Assembly: GCA_973895155.1 (NCBI GenBank)
Contig: OZ316899.1
Location: 11,275,675 to 11,339,674 of the forward strand
From: Marsupella aquatica
Taxonomy: Eukaryota; Plantae; Marchantiophyta
Reading direction: 5' to 3'
Length of the DNA: 64,000 nt
Shown piece by piece: positions 1-12,029 of the stretch (position 1 is its first letter; each line of letters starts with the position of its first letter). The translations under genes and the position numbers were made by a program. The notes beneath the pieces are model-generated. The model saw only the letters and a program-made list of their open reading frames with translations. It did not search any database and was not told the origin of the DNA.

Positions 1-978
1 AGTTGATCACCATTTGGCTAGTTGCGACAGAAAAAGGGGACATTGCAACCGCCATGGGAGAAAGGGAGAGCATGGCAAGGATGGAGATGTTGGAGTAGGA
101 ACAAAAGTTCCATCAGGATGAAAATCTGGACAAAGGACTCCACGGGCAGTTGGAGGAGAAGAGTGCTTACATTTAATTATCGCGCTCACGGAGAGTGCAG
201 AGAGGAGAGATAAAGAAAGGGAGAAGTGATTGAGGGAAGTACATAGCTAGGAAAGAGCTGGTCCGGTAATATGATTAAATTAATACGTTTGGTACAGAGC
301 TTGGGATATTCCAAGTACATGAGTTAACTAAGGGAGGAGGCTGCCATTGCAGCCAAGATACTAGCAGAAGCATTGGAAGAGCCGATCAACATAAGCAAAG
401 AAAGTCCAACTGGTGAGCATCTATTCCCGGTAGGGCTTGTTCAATCAGTCCAACGGGTGGGCATTTGGACGATGATCAATTGGAGCAGATGAGGCAATGG
501 GGCTGGAGAGTCTACACATCATTATGTCGGGTGCAGGAATTAACAACACACACGCCATTTGACCAAAAAACCTTGACCAGGTTATGTACGTAATGACATT
601 GCGGCACGACATGTACGTGGTCTTCAGTCCTTTCATTTTTACACCACCCACATATATCACAGTATCCTGCAGTGGGTGGATGAGTTTTGTACATCTACCA
701 GTCCTCCCCCCACGCTAAATAGTCATGTGCTTGGGAGTATTTTGGCAATTGAAAAGGGATCAATCCTACCACTGGCTGTAGCCTGCCATGGATTGAAGAG
801 CTCACGCAAACCAATAAGTTCCCCTACAATCCGGAGGATGTAGAAAATTATGTGTGGGAGAAGATTGAGAGCGTTCAGGGAGGTCGTGACTTTGACATGC
901 CGACAATGTAGTTAGATGGTTATAAGCTAGTGTACAAAATTTTAGAGTGTTGGGAAGTATTTTGGCTCAACTTGCTAG

Positions 979-1310
979 TGTCACACCATTCTAGGTAGTG
1001 TTGGAGTATCTCGTACTATCTAGATCCGTATGTTTGGTATGTGTGCTATATGAGCCGATAAGGTTCCATTAGGTTTGTGTGAGAGGGTACTTCTCTCTTG
1101 TGAGGCATTGAAAGGTCATCTTTCAATGTTGAGCCTTGGAGAGAGAGGAGCTTGAGTGTGGCTATGGTGGCTGTGAGCTCCGCTTGTGTAACGTGGATTC
1201 CTTGAGTAGTGCAAGGTGCGTTGGCTTGACATACGTGTGTGATCGGATTGGTGCGGGATCGATGGGGTATTGTTGACCGGGATCGTTGTGCCGATTGTAT
1301 TGAGATTACA
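979..1310 (+). repeat. Terminal repeat segment A (332 bp, TG...CA), copy 1
   Basis: Homologous to 30005-30336 and 20844-21173 (reverse complement). Ends GAGATTACA just before the putative primer site. Confidence 0.9.
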
Positions 1311-1319
1311 TTGAAAGAT
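1308..1319 (+). promoter_or_regulatory. Putative self-priming primer binding site
   Basis: ACATTGAAAGAT is the exact reverse complement of ATCTTTCAATGT at 1118-1129 inside A. No TGG-starting tRNA PBS follows A. The same pair is present in copy 2 (29996-30007 / 30186-30197). Confidence 0.7.
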
Positions 1320-1580
1320 CACATTTGAAATCTGTTGTACGGACTGTGCGGACAGAAGTTCGATTGATTGAGTTGTCGAATGTTCGTGGTAGCTCGGATC
1401 GTGTGTTGTTATCGAACAGATCGTTGGTATCTTGACCTGTATCATTGTTGTCCGATCGGCCTGCTTCCCGATCGATGTACAGATCTGTGATTGGTGACAG
1501 GTTTTGAGTTGGAGGTCGATTGATGATTTGTGGAGGAAAGCAAATGTTGAGTAGATGTTGGACAGTGGAAGCCGATCCGT

Positions 1581-1670
1581 GAGGCTTCAGATCCGATTGC
1601 CGGCTACTGTGAGGCTTCAGATCTGATTGTCGGCTACTATGGGGCTTCAGATTTGATTGCCGGCTATTGT
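1581..1670. repeat. 30-bp tandem repeat x3 in the retroelement 5' leader
   Basis: GAGGCTTCAGATCCGATTGCCGGCTACTGT-like units; also at ~29650-29740 in copy 2. Confidence 0.85.
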
Positions 1671-2392
1671 TGGACGATGTTGGCAAGGCGCAGGTGAAGC
1701 GACGGCTCTTTTCCTGAAGGAACGGAGCTGCCAATTCTGTGGAGGCCTAGAAATTCTGTGCGGGGGTATCATCATTTCAGTGAAAGAAACGAGGGTCAAA
1801 GGTGTTGAATCAAGCTGCTGCCAATTCTGTGGAAGGGCTGCGTTTTTCATGAAGGAAATCGACAGTTTTTGGGAGCTTTTCGTGAAGGAAGTAGTCGTTT
1901 TTGGGGTCAGGTGTGAGGCCCACGAGGTCACCCATCCCGAAAGTGCTCCCAACCGCGAGCGCAAAGTCACCCATCGCGAGCGCAGGCAGGCGCGAGGTCG
2001 AGGTCACCCATCCCGGGGCTATTCCGGGCCGTGAGCGCGAGGGGAGGCATGAGGTCGAGCGCGAGGAGGTCACCCATCCCGGGGCTATTCCCAGCCGCAA
2101 GCGCTTAACTGGCAAGTTCTCATCCCACCTTGTGTACACACAAGCTTTGACAACTTGTTTAGATTCAAGCGCCAGGGGGCTTTATACACTTCCCGGTTTG
2201 TCTAGGCCAAATCAAAGGCTGTTTTAGGGTTTTTGATACTTTTGAGTCCATCTAGACTCACAGATTGAACCAATTTGTGCTGTGTATTTCTCTCCCGGTG
2301 ATGTTGGAGTGATGCCCAACACACCATGGTGAGTGCTTGTGTTGTTGACAGGGACAGATTGCCCTTAGGGTTAGCATATAGATTAGGTTAGG

Positions 2393-4066
2393 TTGGTCAC
2401 CACGGATTCTTCTGGCGCTGCTGGGTTACCCGATGGACGACGGATCGGTTTCACTCGGAGTGTGGTGCAATTTCGGCCAGCGGCATTGGTAGCAGTCAGC
2501 AGTGCAGCTTCAGACAGTGATTCCGACGAGGACTCAATGACCAATCCTCCTCGTCATCAGGTGGTTGCACCTTTGTTGTGGGATATGGACGAGATGTACG
2601 GGGCTACAAAGGGCCCACGACGATACTCTGATGCAGTTGGCACAATTGATCTGGATGACTTCATCCAGGAGTTTGATACGTGGTGCGATATGCAGACATT
2701 GCGTAATGTCACATTGTTTACCCCTTTCATGGCATGGAAGGGATTATTCCAGCATTTGGAGGGGCCACCCATGGATGACTACCATGAATTTCGGAAGGCT
2801 CATTTGGTTGAGATTGAGGCATGGAGGCAGCATTGGTCGCCTAATTACGTGTCCATCACCTATGGCACTAGTGTGGCTACCCAACCCATTGCCACAACTG
2901 CTGCTTCTTCTAGCAGCACTAGCCAGAGTGGCACACCATCCACCAGCAGCACTCCAGCAGCATCCACCGCTACTCCTGCCGGTGTGATTGTGACAGGAAC
3001 TAGAGTTGCGCCAGCATTTAACCCTGTGGTGGAATTCTTTGAGGTACTGAAGCAGAACTATCAGGGTGTGAGAACTGATAAGTTGAAGGGGTCTCTAGGA
3101 GTTCCAACGCAAGACTGGAGAGAGCCTATGTGAGGCATACACACGTATGCGCAGATTGATCACTGTCACCAAGGGAGTGACAGAGGCTCAGGCAGTCCAG
3201 TTTTGGTATGCAATTCTGGACAGAGAATTGCGACGCAGAGTGAGAGATGTCACTCTGCTTAGGGATGCAGATCCCACATTAGCAGTTGTTTTCACCCTTT
3301 CTGAGTGCATTGAGCTCAATATGGTGAATGAGAAGGTGGTGACTTCTGGATTTGCCAAGGAAGCACCAAAGGCTGCATCTACATCCACATCACAGCCTAC
3401 TGCACGGAAGAGCCAGAGGGAGAAGCCTACTACACGAGAGTCTACCAACCAGAGACCTGTGCCCTCTTATGCTGGACAGCAGTCAGGATGTTGGACCTGT
3501 GGTGGGGATCATGCACAGAGATATTGCCCAGATCATAGAGGATCAGGGGAGCATCAGCGCCTGATCAGCGACAGTGTGATCACTATGGAGCTCCTGGACA
3601 CACCAAGGATAGGTGTTTCTCACTCCACCCTGAGTTACGGAGAGGAGGATCCCGTACACATGATCAGGGAAGAGGAGGAGGAGGTAGAGGTGGTGGACGT
3701 GGTCGTGGCATGCCACATGTAGGGAGACAGGGAGGTGACGCTGCCCCTGCTGTAACCATAGATCCAAAGGATGCTAAGATTGCTCAATTGGAGCAACAAC
3801 TAGCTGCCATGGCTAGTTCCCAGGTGAGACCTAATTCTGGTGATGGGGCATCTACATCCTATGGACCTTCCACATCCCATGGTCCTTCCACATCTTATGG
3901 AGCTGATGGAGACCTTGCCACCATGGGATTCATGTGTGGCACTGCATATATTGATGCATCAGCAGCTTTGACACGTGGGGCAGCTAAAGCTCTTGAGCCC
4001 CGAGGAGCAGTAGTGGAGTTAGATCCACAGAGGGGGGATGCACATCGGCAAACAAAGCTTCTTTAG
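2393..4066 (+). pseudogene. gag: gag (frameshifted), copy 1
   Basis: ORFs 2393-3133, 3147-3722 and 3710-4066 are pieces of the single 698-aa ORF of copy 2. Zinc knuckle CWTCGGDHAQRYC. Confidence 0.85.
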
Positions 4067-4075
4067 TCTTTTACA

Positions 4076-4957
4076 TTGTCAGAGACAGTTCAGACTGCCT
4101 CTATGAACCCGATTCGGACAAACCCTGGCGTGGGTAAGTTGGCAGAATCAAGTAGTGATGCAGCAGGGATGACAAGTACCCTGCTGGGGGCGGCTACTGC
4201 CATAGTATGCACCCCATTATTTTCAGCGACAGACATGCTGAACTTGGGAGTTGGTCCTGCAGAAGTGTTCAGATTGGCAGCTACACTCTGTGAGGACACT
4301 CCAGTGGTTGTTTCCCATGCAGAAGCAGCTTGCAGTGTTGAAGCAGTGAAGACCATGCCACCTACTGCTACTAGTGAGACATGGCATGCAGCAGCAGCGA
4401 GGTTGGTGGATTTACCAGCACGCCCTGCATTTGAGAGGACTAGGTTTAAACCTAGTGTTGTATCATTGGATAATCGGAGTGGTATCTTCCGATTAGTTGG
4501 GCCTTTTGGAGCAATATACCAGCCAGAGAGGGTGTTATTGGATACTGGTGCTCAGCCCTTGATGTTGGGAAAGTTTGCCATACGTGGATTGGGATTGCGT
4601 CCAGAGGATTTGGAGGATTGTCCCTTTCCCATTCAGACTTCATTGGGGGGACCTACACCTACACAGCACATTACCAGGAGACCTCTTGATTTGGGGATTC
4701 AAGAAGGTCATACCACAAATAGCTCACAGATACAGGCACGAGCTATTTTGACTAAGGCAGAGTCATATGATGTGTTGGTGGGATGTACAGTGCTCTACCC
4801 CATGGGATTTATTCTTAATTTTTGGGAAGAATCAATGTCATATAGACCTGATTGGCAGTCAAGAGATGCTCGATTGAGCAAATTGCCAGTGAGATTTAGT
4901 GGACCTATGGGAGGCCTAAATCCACACCATTGTCTTTGGCAGCATTCAGTGGTGTAA
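4076..4957 (+). pseudogene. Retropepsin aspartic protease region, copy 1
   Basis: LLDTGAQ active-site motif and the YDVLVG flap-distal motif; frameshift near 4920 relative to copy 2. Confidence 0.85.
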
Positions 4958-5097
4958 TTGCTGGACCTGATGATTTGATTGAGGGTAATACGCATGCAGC
5001 AGATGTTCCACCATTGGAGGAGTCTCATGAGGAGCACATCATGCGAGGATTACCTGTTGGAAGTGTTGTGCCACCAGTGTGGGGCACTGCATAGGCC

Positions 5098-6384
5098 TTG
5101 CCACAGGCAGCATCACTATTGGTACATGATGCATGGCATCATGCTTTTACACCACAGTCAAGAGCAGTCCAGTCTCTTGCAGATGGACCTGTGACTCTTT
5201 CACCATTGGATACCACTCCTATTGCTTGGCAATATCCACCGGAGAGTATTTGTTTGTTGGATCTTTTTGGTGGGATTAGCACTGGATTGGCTGTTGTTCT
5301 TCAGGCAGAAATTCCCGTGCGTCGTTATTTGTATGTGGAGACAGATGAGACAGCACGGAGGGTCTCATTGCGACATGTGGCTATGTTGGTGGATAGATAT
5401 CCACAGTTGCTGCCAGTGGATGCTGTTCGTGGTTATCAGCATGCACTACCTGTTGATATTTCATTGCTGGGGGCGGATCATCTGCATCATGTTGGCCCTA
5501 TTGATTTGGTGATTGCTGGTTGGCCATGTCAGGGCCAATCTAGAGCTGGTGTTGGGCATGGACTTCATGATCCACGCTCTGCATTGTTTTGGGAGATGTT
5601 ACGGGTGCTGCGTCATCTCCAGCTACATCAGACACAGTCTCCAGCATACATTTTGGAGAATGTGCCATTGTTAGGTGATGATCGTAGTCGGATTGTTGCC
5701 AGTGTTCACCAGGTGAGGTCTTGGATTGGACCTGCTGTGTTATTGGATGCTGCACGTGTGGGTTCTCGTGCACATCGTCCACGCTTGTGGTGGACTAATT
5801 TGATCCCATGTGAGGTGTTGAAGCGCGCATTTGACAACATTCCACGCTCACCAGCCTTAGTGGTGGATGATATTTTGGATCCAGGGCGTCGTGCACAGGG
5901 TGTGACCCAACCTGATAGACCTCCATTGGCAATGGTCAATGTAGTTGGGTGCCCACGTTGTGCATTACCCACTCTTGTAAGCCACTTTGCTTCATATGCA
6001 TTCAGAGCAGGTGGCCCTGGACTTGTATGGGACATAGCTCTCCAGCAGTTAGTGGAGCCTACTGCTGATGAGAGAGAGCGTGCTATGGGATTTTTGACTG
6101 GCACCACTGCAGTTGCCTCTGTGTCAGAGGGTTTGCGGCGCAAGGTTCTTGGTCAAGCAATGGATTTGAATTGTTTGACTTGGATTATCAGCTTGGGAGT
6201 AGCTGAACAGTTGCGGATGCGCTCTGCTGGAATTACTGATTGTCCCTTGGTAAGCTTGCGGTCCATTGAGACAGTATTGACCACAACTGGGGGCAAGCAG
6301 ACAGTCCATGGACCTATGGCAGGATTGGCCAAGGCTGGACAGATTGTTGAGCAAGAAGAGACTGCTCAATCTACTGCTAAATAG
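5098..6384 (+). CDS. DNMT3-like C5 DNA cytosine methyltransferase domain, copy 1
   Basis: Motif I LLDLFGGISTG, IV DLVIAGWPCQ, VI ENV, VIII AHRPRLWWTNL, IX ERERAMGF and X RKVLGQAM are in canonical order with DNMT3-like wording. Confidence 0.92.
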   Translation: MPQAASLLVHDAWHHAFTPQSRAVQSLADGPVTLSPLDTTPIAWQYPPESICLLDLFGGISTGLAVVLQAEIPVRRYLYVETDETARRVSLRHVAMLVDRYPQLLPVDAVRGYQHALPVDISLLGADHLHHVGPIDLVIAGWPCQGQSRAGVGHGLHDPRSALFWEMLRVLRHLQLHQTQSPAYILENVPLLGDDRSRIVASVHQVRSWIGPAVLLDAARVGSRAHRPRLWWTNLIPCEVLKRAFDNIPRSPALVVDDILDPGRRAQGVTQPDRPPLAMVNVVGCPRCALPTLVSHFASYAFRAGGPGLVWDIALQQLVEPTADERERAMGFLTGTTAVASVSEGLRRKVLGQAMDLNCLTWIISLGVAEQLRMRSAGITDCPLVSLRSIETVLTTTGGKQTVHGPMAGLAKAGQIVEQEETAQSTAK

Positions 6385-6390
6385 CAATCA
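6382..6390 (+). promoter_or_regulatory. Stop-codon readthrough signal UAG-CAA-UCA
   Basis: Matches the UAG-CAR-YYA consensus. The RT ORF is in frame downstream. Identical in copy 2 (24607-24615, -). Confidence 0.8.
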
Positions 6391-6489
6391 TCGGCTATCT
6401 TCTCTACCCTACAAAGAGATATTAGGGATTTGGTGGAGAGTTGGGAACCATAGCTTGGCCCTAAGTTAACAGGGGAGGAGAGACGTCGC

Positions 6490-7731
6490 ATGCATCGATT
6501 CCTGAAGAGTTATTGGAATTGTTTTGCATTCAGCATGAAGGATTTGGGGACATTGAAGGGCCCTGGTATTCAGATTGAATTGGCTAGTGATGCGCCAATC
6601 TTTCGTAGACCATACCGTTATAGTGACATGGAGAGAGCTTTGATTCAAAGTAGAACTCAAGATTTGTTGGAGGCTGGATTGATGGAGATTTCATATGGGG
6701 AGTATGCATCTGCCACAGTGATGCCAGCCAAGAAGGATGTGCATGGCAATTACACAGATAGGCGCATGTGTGGTGATTACAGACCTATTAATCGCCAGAC
6801 AAAATCTGATCGATATGCCATGCCCACACCTGAGGAGATCTTTGATGCTGTGGGGCATGCAAAAGTTTTCAGTTCATTGGATCTGAGGGCAGGATACCAT
6901 CAGCTTCCAATTAGGCATGCTGACAGGTCCAAGACAGCATTCTGGGGGATTGATTCTTATGGCAAAGATCATTTGTATCAATGGTTATTCTTACCATTTG
7001 GGTTGAAGAATGCACCAGCTGAGTTCCAGAGAGTCATGGATCGAATCCTTGCAGGTTTGGATTTTGTCATATGTTATATTGATGATATTTTGGTCTATTC
7101 TTCTACTGTGGAAGAACATCAACAGCACTTGCAGATTGTGTTGGAGAGATTGAGAGCACATGGGTTGAAGCTCCATCCTGGCAAGTGTAAGTTCTTCCAA
7201 GACCAGATTGAGTATTTGGGCCACACTATATACCCAGGGGGATTGGGTGTACAGCAGACTAAAGTGGAGGCCATTACACAGATTCCTCATCCTATTGATG
7301 TGAGTAGAGTTCGTGCATTCTTGGGATTGGCGAGCTACTACAGGAGGTATGTTAAAGGATTTAGCCAGCTTGCTAAACCTTTAACCATACTCACTAAGTT
7401 GGATCAGGAATGGACTTGGCGTGATGACCAAGAGCATGCCTTTCAGGAGTTGAAGCAAAGGTTGGCATCATCCCCTATTTTGAGAAGACCCATTTCAGGC
7501 AGACCATTTCAGCTACACACTGATTGGAGTGGAGTAGGACTTGGAGCAGTGCTGACTCAAAAGGATGATGAGGGGAATGAGTTTGTTGTGGCTTATGCCA
7601 GTAGATCAAACAATGCAGCAGAGGCTAAGTATAGCTCTTATGAGGGAGAGTGTTTGGCAGCAGTGTGGGCTGTTGCACACTTTCGTTGCTACTTGTTTGG
7701 TAACCCCTTTACCTTGATCACTGATCATTAG
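6490..7731 (+). pseudogene. pol: pol: reverse transcriptase and RNase H, copy 1
   Basis: RMCGDYR, LDLRAGYHQ, LPFGLKNAPA, YIDD, LHTDWS, YEGECLA, TDH. In-frame stops at ~6451 and 7729 where copy 2 has CAG. Confidence 0.95.
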
Positions 7732-7746
7732 CCTCTTAAGTGGTTA

Positions 7747-9531
7747 ATGGAGTCTGACAAGCTTACAGGGAAGCTTGCACGATGGGCATTGTTGTTACAG
7801 GAGTATGATTTCCAGGTGGTGCATAGGCCTGGAAAAGTGAACTTGGATGCAGATGGATTAAGCCGCAATCCATGTACCAGTCAGCAAGATGAGACTGGAG
7901 CTAGATGGCATGATGAGTCAGATAAGGAGATGGTGCCAGGATGGCATGCATCTGCCTTTCTTTGTTGGGTGCCAGCATACAGTGGATCTATGGACTCTAC
8001 CTCATTGGATGGAGTGGATGATGAGTCTTCAGATGTGGATGATGAGTCTTCAGATGTGGATGTTGGTGAGGTAACTTCTGGACAGCAAGATATTCACAAT
8101 GATGTGAGAGTGTTGGAATATCTGCGCAGTAGTTCTATTGTTGGCAGTGTTGATGCCAAGGAACGTGACAGGGTTCTACAGAGAGCCAAGAGGTTTCGAT
8201 GGGAGGGAAACCATCTTTTGAGAGTACTGCATGATGGTAGGATGTTGGTGGTACCAAAACCATCACAACGAGTACATTTGGTGCGACATGCGCACGAGGA
8301 GTTGGGTCACTTTGGTGTGAAGCGCACTTACAGCTTGCTGCAGACACAATATTGGTGGCGTGGTATGCACACTCATGTCCAGCAGTTGATAGCTAAGTGT
8401 GTGGTATGTGATAGAGTGAGAGCATCATTTAATGCTCCCACTCCCCAGTTGCACCCGTTACCGATCATGGGTTTGGGATATCGTTGGAGTTTGGATTTTG
8501 CTGGTCCATTACCTCTTACCCAACGCCATAATCGGTATGTTTTGGTCATGGTGGAACACTTCTCCAAGTGGATTGAGCTAGTGGCGTTGCCAGATAAAGC
8601 CAATGGAGGAGTTGCTGCTACATTTTTGGATCGTGTACTCAGTCAGTTTGGAGCACCAGCTGAGGTGTTGACTGATCAGGGAACTGAGTTCCGGGAGAGT
8701 TTGAGAGTTTGTGTGAACAAGCTCTGATTGATCATCGTACTACCTCTCGTGATCATCCTGAGGCAGATGGATTAGCTGAGAGAGTTATGCAAACTATGAA
8801 GAGAGGATTGCGTAAGTATGGCTTGCAGGTTGGTCATCTGGGAGATTGAGATCTCCAGCTACCTTGGTTAGCTATGGGCTACCGTTTCAGTCGGCAAGCA
8901 TCACTTGCATCCTTCTCACCCCTACTTTTTGCTCTATGGTAGAGAGCCAGATTTGCCAGCAGCTATTCGTCGTGATGCTGCACCAGTTGTGAACTTGGAT
9001 GATCCTGATGTTTGGGTCAAGGTGTGTTTAGAGAGAGCACAGGTATTTCAGAGAGTGATGCCCATGGCTTTTGACAACCTTGCCATTGCCCAACATCGTG
9101 ATACTTTGAGGTATGCCACTATTCGTGGAGGAGGTTACCGTGCAAGCATTCGATGATTTCATCCTGGTGATTATGTTTATTTGCAGCAGACAGCACCCAC
9201 GACACTTGATGTGACCGCAGGCCGGACAATCTTACGTGTGCGTGAAGTGTTGCCTTCTGGTGTCCTGATGTTGGAGGGACGCGATGGTATGGTTTGGAAG
9301 GATCATGTGCGCAACTGTGCACCATGTCACCTTCCCAACATTGATGGTACAGTAGATCCAAGCTTGGCACATGTTCGTGCTGGCTTGAAATGTATGTTGT
9401 GTGGAGCTGCTCAGGGAGCAGCTACTATGTTGATTTGTGATAAGTGTTCTAGAGGATGGCACATGTCATGTTTGACACCTCCATTGCAGGTGATTCCTAG
9501 TGGATCATGGTTGTGTCCTCAGTGTCGGTGA
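7747..9531 (+). pseudogene. pol: pol: DDE integrase with C-terminal PHD finger, copy 1 (frameshift and stops)
   Basis: HHCC (HEELGH...CVVC), WSLDF, LTDQG, GLAERV. PHD C4HC3: CMLC...CDKC...WHMSC...WLCPQC. Confidence 0.92.
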
Positions 9532-9691
9532 AGCCGCCTAGTTATCATTTGTGTTCTCTTGGCAGATATGGATTTCAGGTAGGTGATCGATGGGGCTCAC
9601 TTGCACCCGGCCTCCTGATCTTCACACCTAAAAAGGTGTATATCAACCTTGTAGAACTCATGGCTAGCTAGAGTTAGGGGACCTTACTCCC

Positions 9692-9706
9692 AGCTAGGGG
9701 GGCGAT
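9692..9706 (+). promoter_or_regulatory. Polypurine tract plus AT dinucleotide
   Basis: AGCTAGGGGGGCG-AT lies immediately before the TGTGGG start of segment B; same at 21312-21326 (-). Confidence 0.75.
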
Positions 9707-9842
9707 TGTGGGTTTTGGACATGTGTGGACATGAGTTCCACTTGTATTTCATTCTCTTGTGTTTGTGATGTGGCAGTGTGACTATGTCTAGATGTATGTG
9801 ACAAGCGATGTATGTTGTGTAGCGATGTGTATGCGCACGACA
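9707..9842 (+). repeat. Terminal repeat segment B (136 bp, TG...CA), copy 1
   Basis: Homologous to 20707-20842 and 21176-21311; not found at the 5' end of either copy. Confidence 0.9.
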
Positions 9843-12029
9843 CTAGCCTTGTTGTATGTGGACAGTACGGTCGCCTCCAGTGGTGGACCTTGCCACCCAG
9901 CGCCCTCACCAATCCTACCACTTGCGCCTAAGTGCCCCTGGTGCCCAAACGCCTCCACAGAATACCTCGAGCAAGCACCCTAGTGCCCCTTGCACCGCCA
10001 GCGGCTCCTCCCATACAAAGCCGCACTTGCTCACCTACACGATTGCTACTCAACGGTCCTCACTGTCTGCACAAGCAACCAAGCACCTCGGTAAGTAACC
10101 CCTCAGGATCTAGAACTTGCCAAGTCTAGCATCCTAACTCAAGCTCAACAGACGTTGGTAAATAGGTCAGTGATAGGTCCTCCCGATGCCATAAGCTAGA
10201 AACCAGAACCCACGCCCACTGTACGTCTAGGACAGCTCCTTCCTTGGGTGCGGCCCGGGTTCCCCCTTGTACCTATCCATCACCAACTGACCTCCCTGAC
10301 CTCAGGACATGCTCATGGCCCAATTAGCGTAGCTTGTCCTAAAGCTTGTCCCAACACGTCGGGACCAGACTGGCCCGACTCTAGCAACCAACTCCCGGTT
10401 TTCCCCACTAATGGTCCAGGGTCCGGACACTCTTGGGACTCAACCTCCTCACCTACTTGGCCTTGCCTCCCCAACGCAAGCTACCTTGGGAGACTGAACG
10501 TGGCTTGGCTGCTGTTCGGCAGGATTTGGCAAGCGGGCGAGTCAACACCCACAACCCCAAGAACCCATGGCATCCCCAGACCCAACTGAGCTCAGGAAGG
10601 CGTAGCACTCCTCAAGAGCTTTCCAACGCATCCAATAAGTCCTCCAGCGGACTTCCCGTTGGGAAGATATCGCCATTTCCGTTTGGCGGTTTCCCTTAGT
10701 GTCGCGACCATCGCGGCTCACGACTTCGGCTCGCCCTTAGCCCCCAGGGAGACACCACTCCCCTCATATATGCTTATGAAGACCTGCGTTGGTCCCTAAA
10801 CATTTGGCCCCCAACCCAGAACCTATCGTGCCTAATGGGCGTGCCATCAACTGGCAACGCCTATAACTTTCTCGTTAGGCATCCGCAAGCGGAGTGCCTT
10901 AGCCTGTTGTGATCGGGCCGACCCAGTGCTCATGCCTAGGCCCTCAGGTCTGATCGCCACTTGGGGCCCCCAACCGGCCCAACCCAGATCAGGCCACAAC
11001 TTGCGCCCCAAGCGTCCGTTGCCCATGGCGTCAACTCCATTGGCCTTGGGCCCAAGAGGAGCTCACACTCAAGTCCTCAGAACTCAAAGTGCATCTGGGG
11101 GTCCGGAAGGCCATCCTTGAGCCCGGCCCATTTCCCCTTGACCCGACCAACTATCAGCTAGTCCAAGTCCTTAGTGTGTGTCCCCAGCTTGGCTCCTACC
11201 TCGCTAGTGCCACGTCTCATTGCCGCAAGTCTCCCCATGCTAAGTCCTCCCCGGATGGCCTATTTGGGCCTGGACCATAAGGGAGCTCGGCATCGGAGTC
11301 AGCGACGTCGGAGCTAAGTGTTAAGGTAGTCGAGTTCCGCGACTCCTCCCCATGATTTCATTAATTTGTTCCAAGTTCTGTCTGGTGATAAATACATGGC
11401 ATATATATGACAATCGAGAAAGACGTACCGACGGTTGGGGTATTAATTGATATGGCACCACAATCCTGGGATTAGAGTACACACGCCCAAGCTAGACACA
11501 TCCCACCCTTAAGTTTCCTTGATGAAATACGGTAGTGTGTTAGGGATGTCCACATGAGGCATTGGTGTTACTTAGTATAACATGAAACCCTACTGTTATT
11601 TACACATGCACATTGGTACAAATAGTGGACAGATCCGGAAGGGTCACTGAAGTGGATGTAGGCATGGATGGGGAGAGATGGATTAGAGCCGGGTTAATTA
11701 TGTGGAAGACTTAATTTCAGTCGGGCTGGACCATCTGTCGCCAGGCTTTACAGTTTGCTAATCTTGGCAAAAGTTTCCAAACCTGATGCTTAGATGGGAA
11801 AGTGAGCCAGCATTAACCAAGGCACGCCTCTAGGTCTCCCCCCCCCCCCCCAAATTGCGATACAATTTATGATGAAATTCAGATCAAATGAGAATGAGAA
11901 GCGGAAACTTTTGAGGAATATTGGGAAGGAGATGTTCTCGGTGCAGGAGAAACTGTAAATAGAGAAAATAATTAAATAGAATTGGTAGAGAAACATCAAG
12001 CAGAAGACAACAGATCAAATATTTAAAGG

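Larger units (their letters stand above)
979..9842 (+). mobile_element. Ty3/Gypsy-type retrotransposon copy 1 carrying a DNMT3-like methyltransferase and PHD-integrase; split termini A...B
   Basis: Begins TGTCAC at 979 and ends CACGACA at 9842. Flanked by a 4-bp duplication CTAG (975-978 and 9843-9846). Domain order Gag-PR-(DNMT)-RT-RH-IN. Colinear with copy 2. Confidence 0.95.

Noticed and set aside
1-978. Degenerate coding-like sequence flanking copy 1 (continues at 9843-11340), possibly a LINE remnant
   Set aside because: No diagnostic motif could be recognised with confidence, so it is left unannotated.
1425-1436. TGGTATC as a tRNA-iMet primer binding site
   Set aside because: Only 7 nt match, it is not adjacent to a CA repeat end, and it lies ~115 nt from the end of A.
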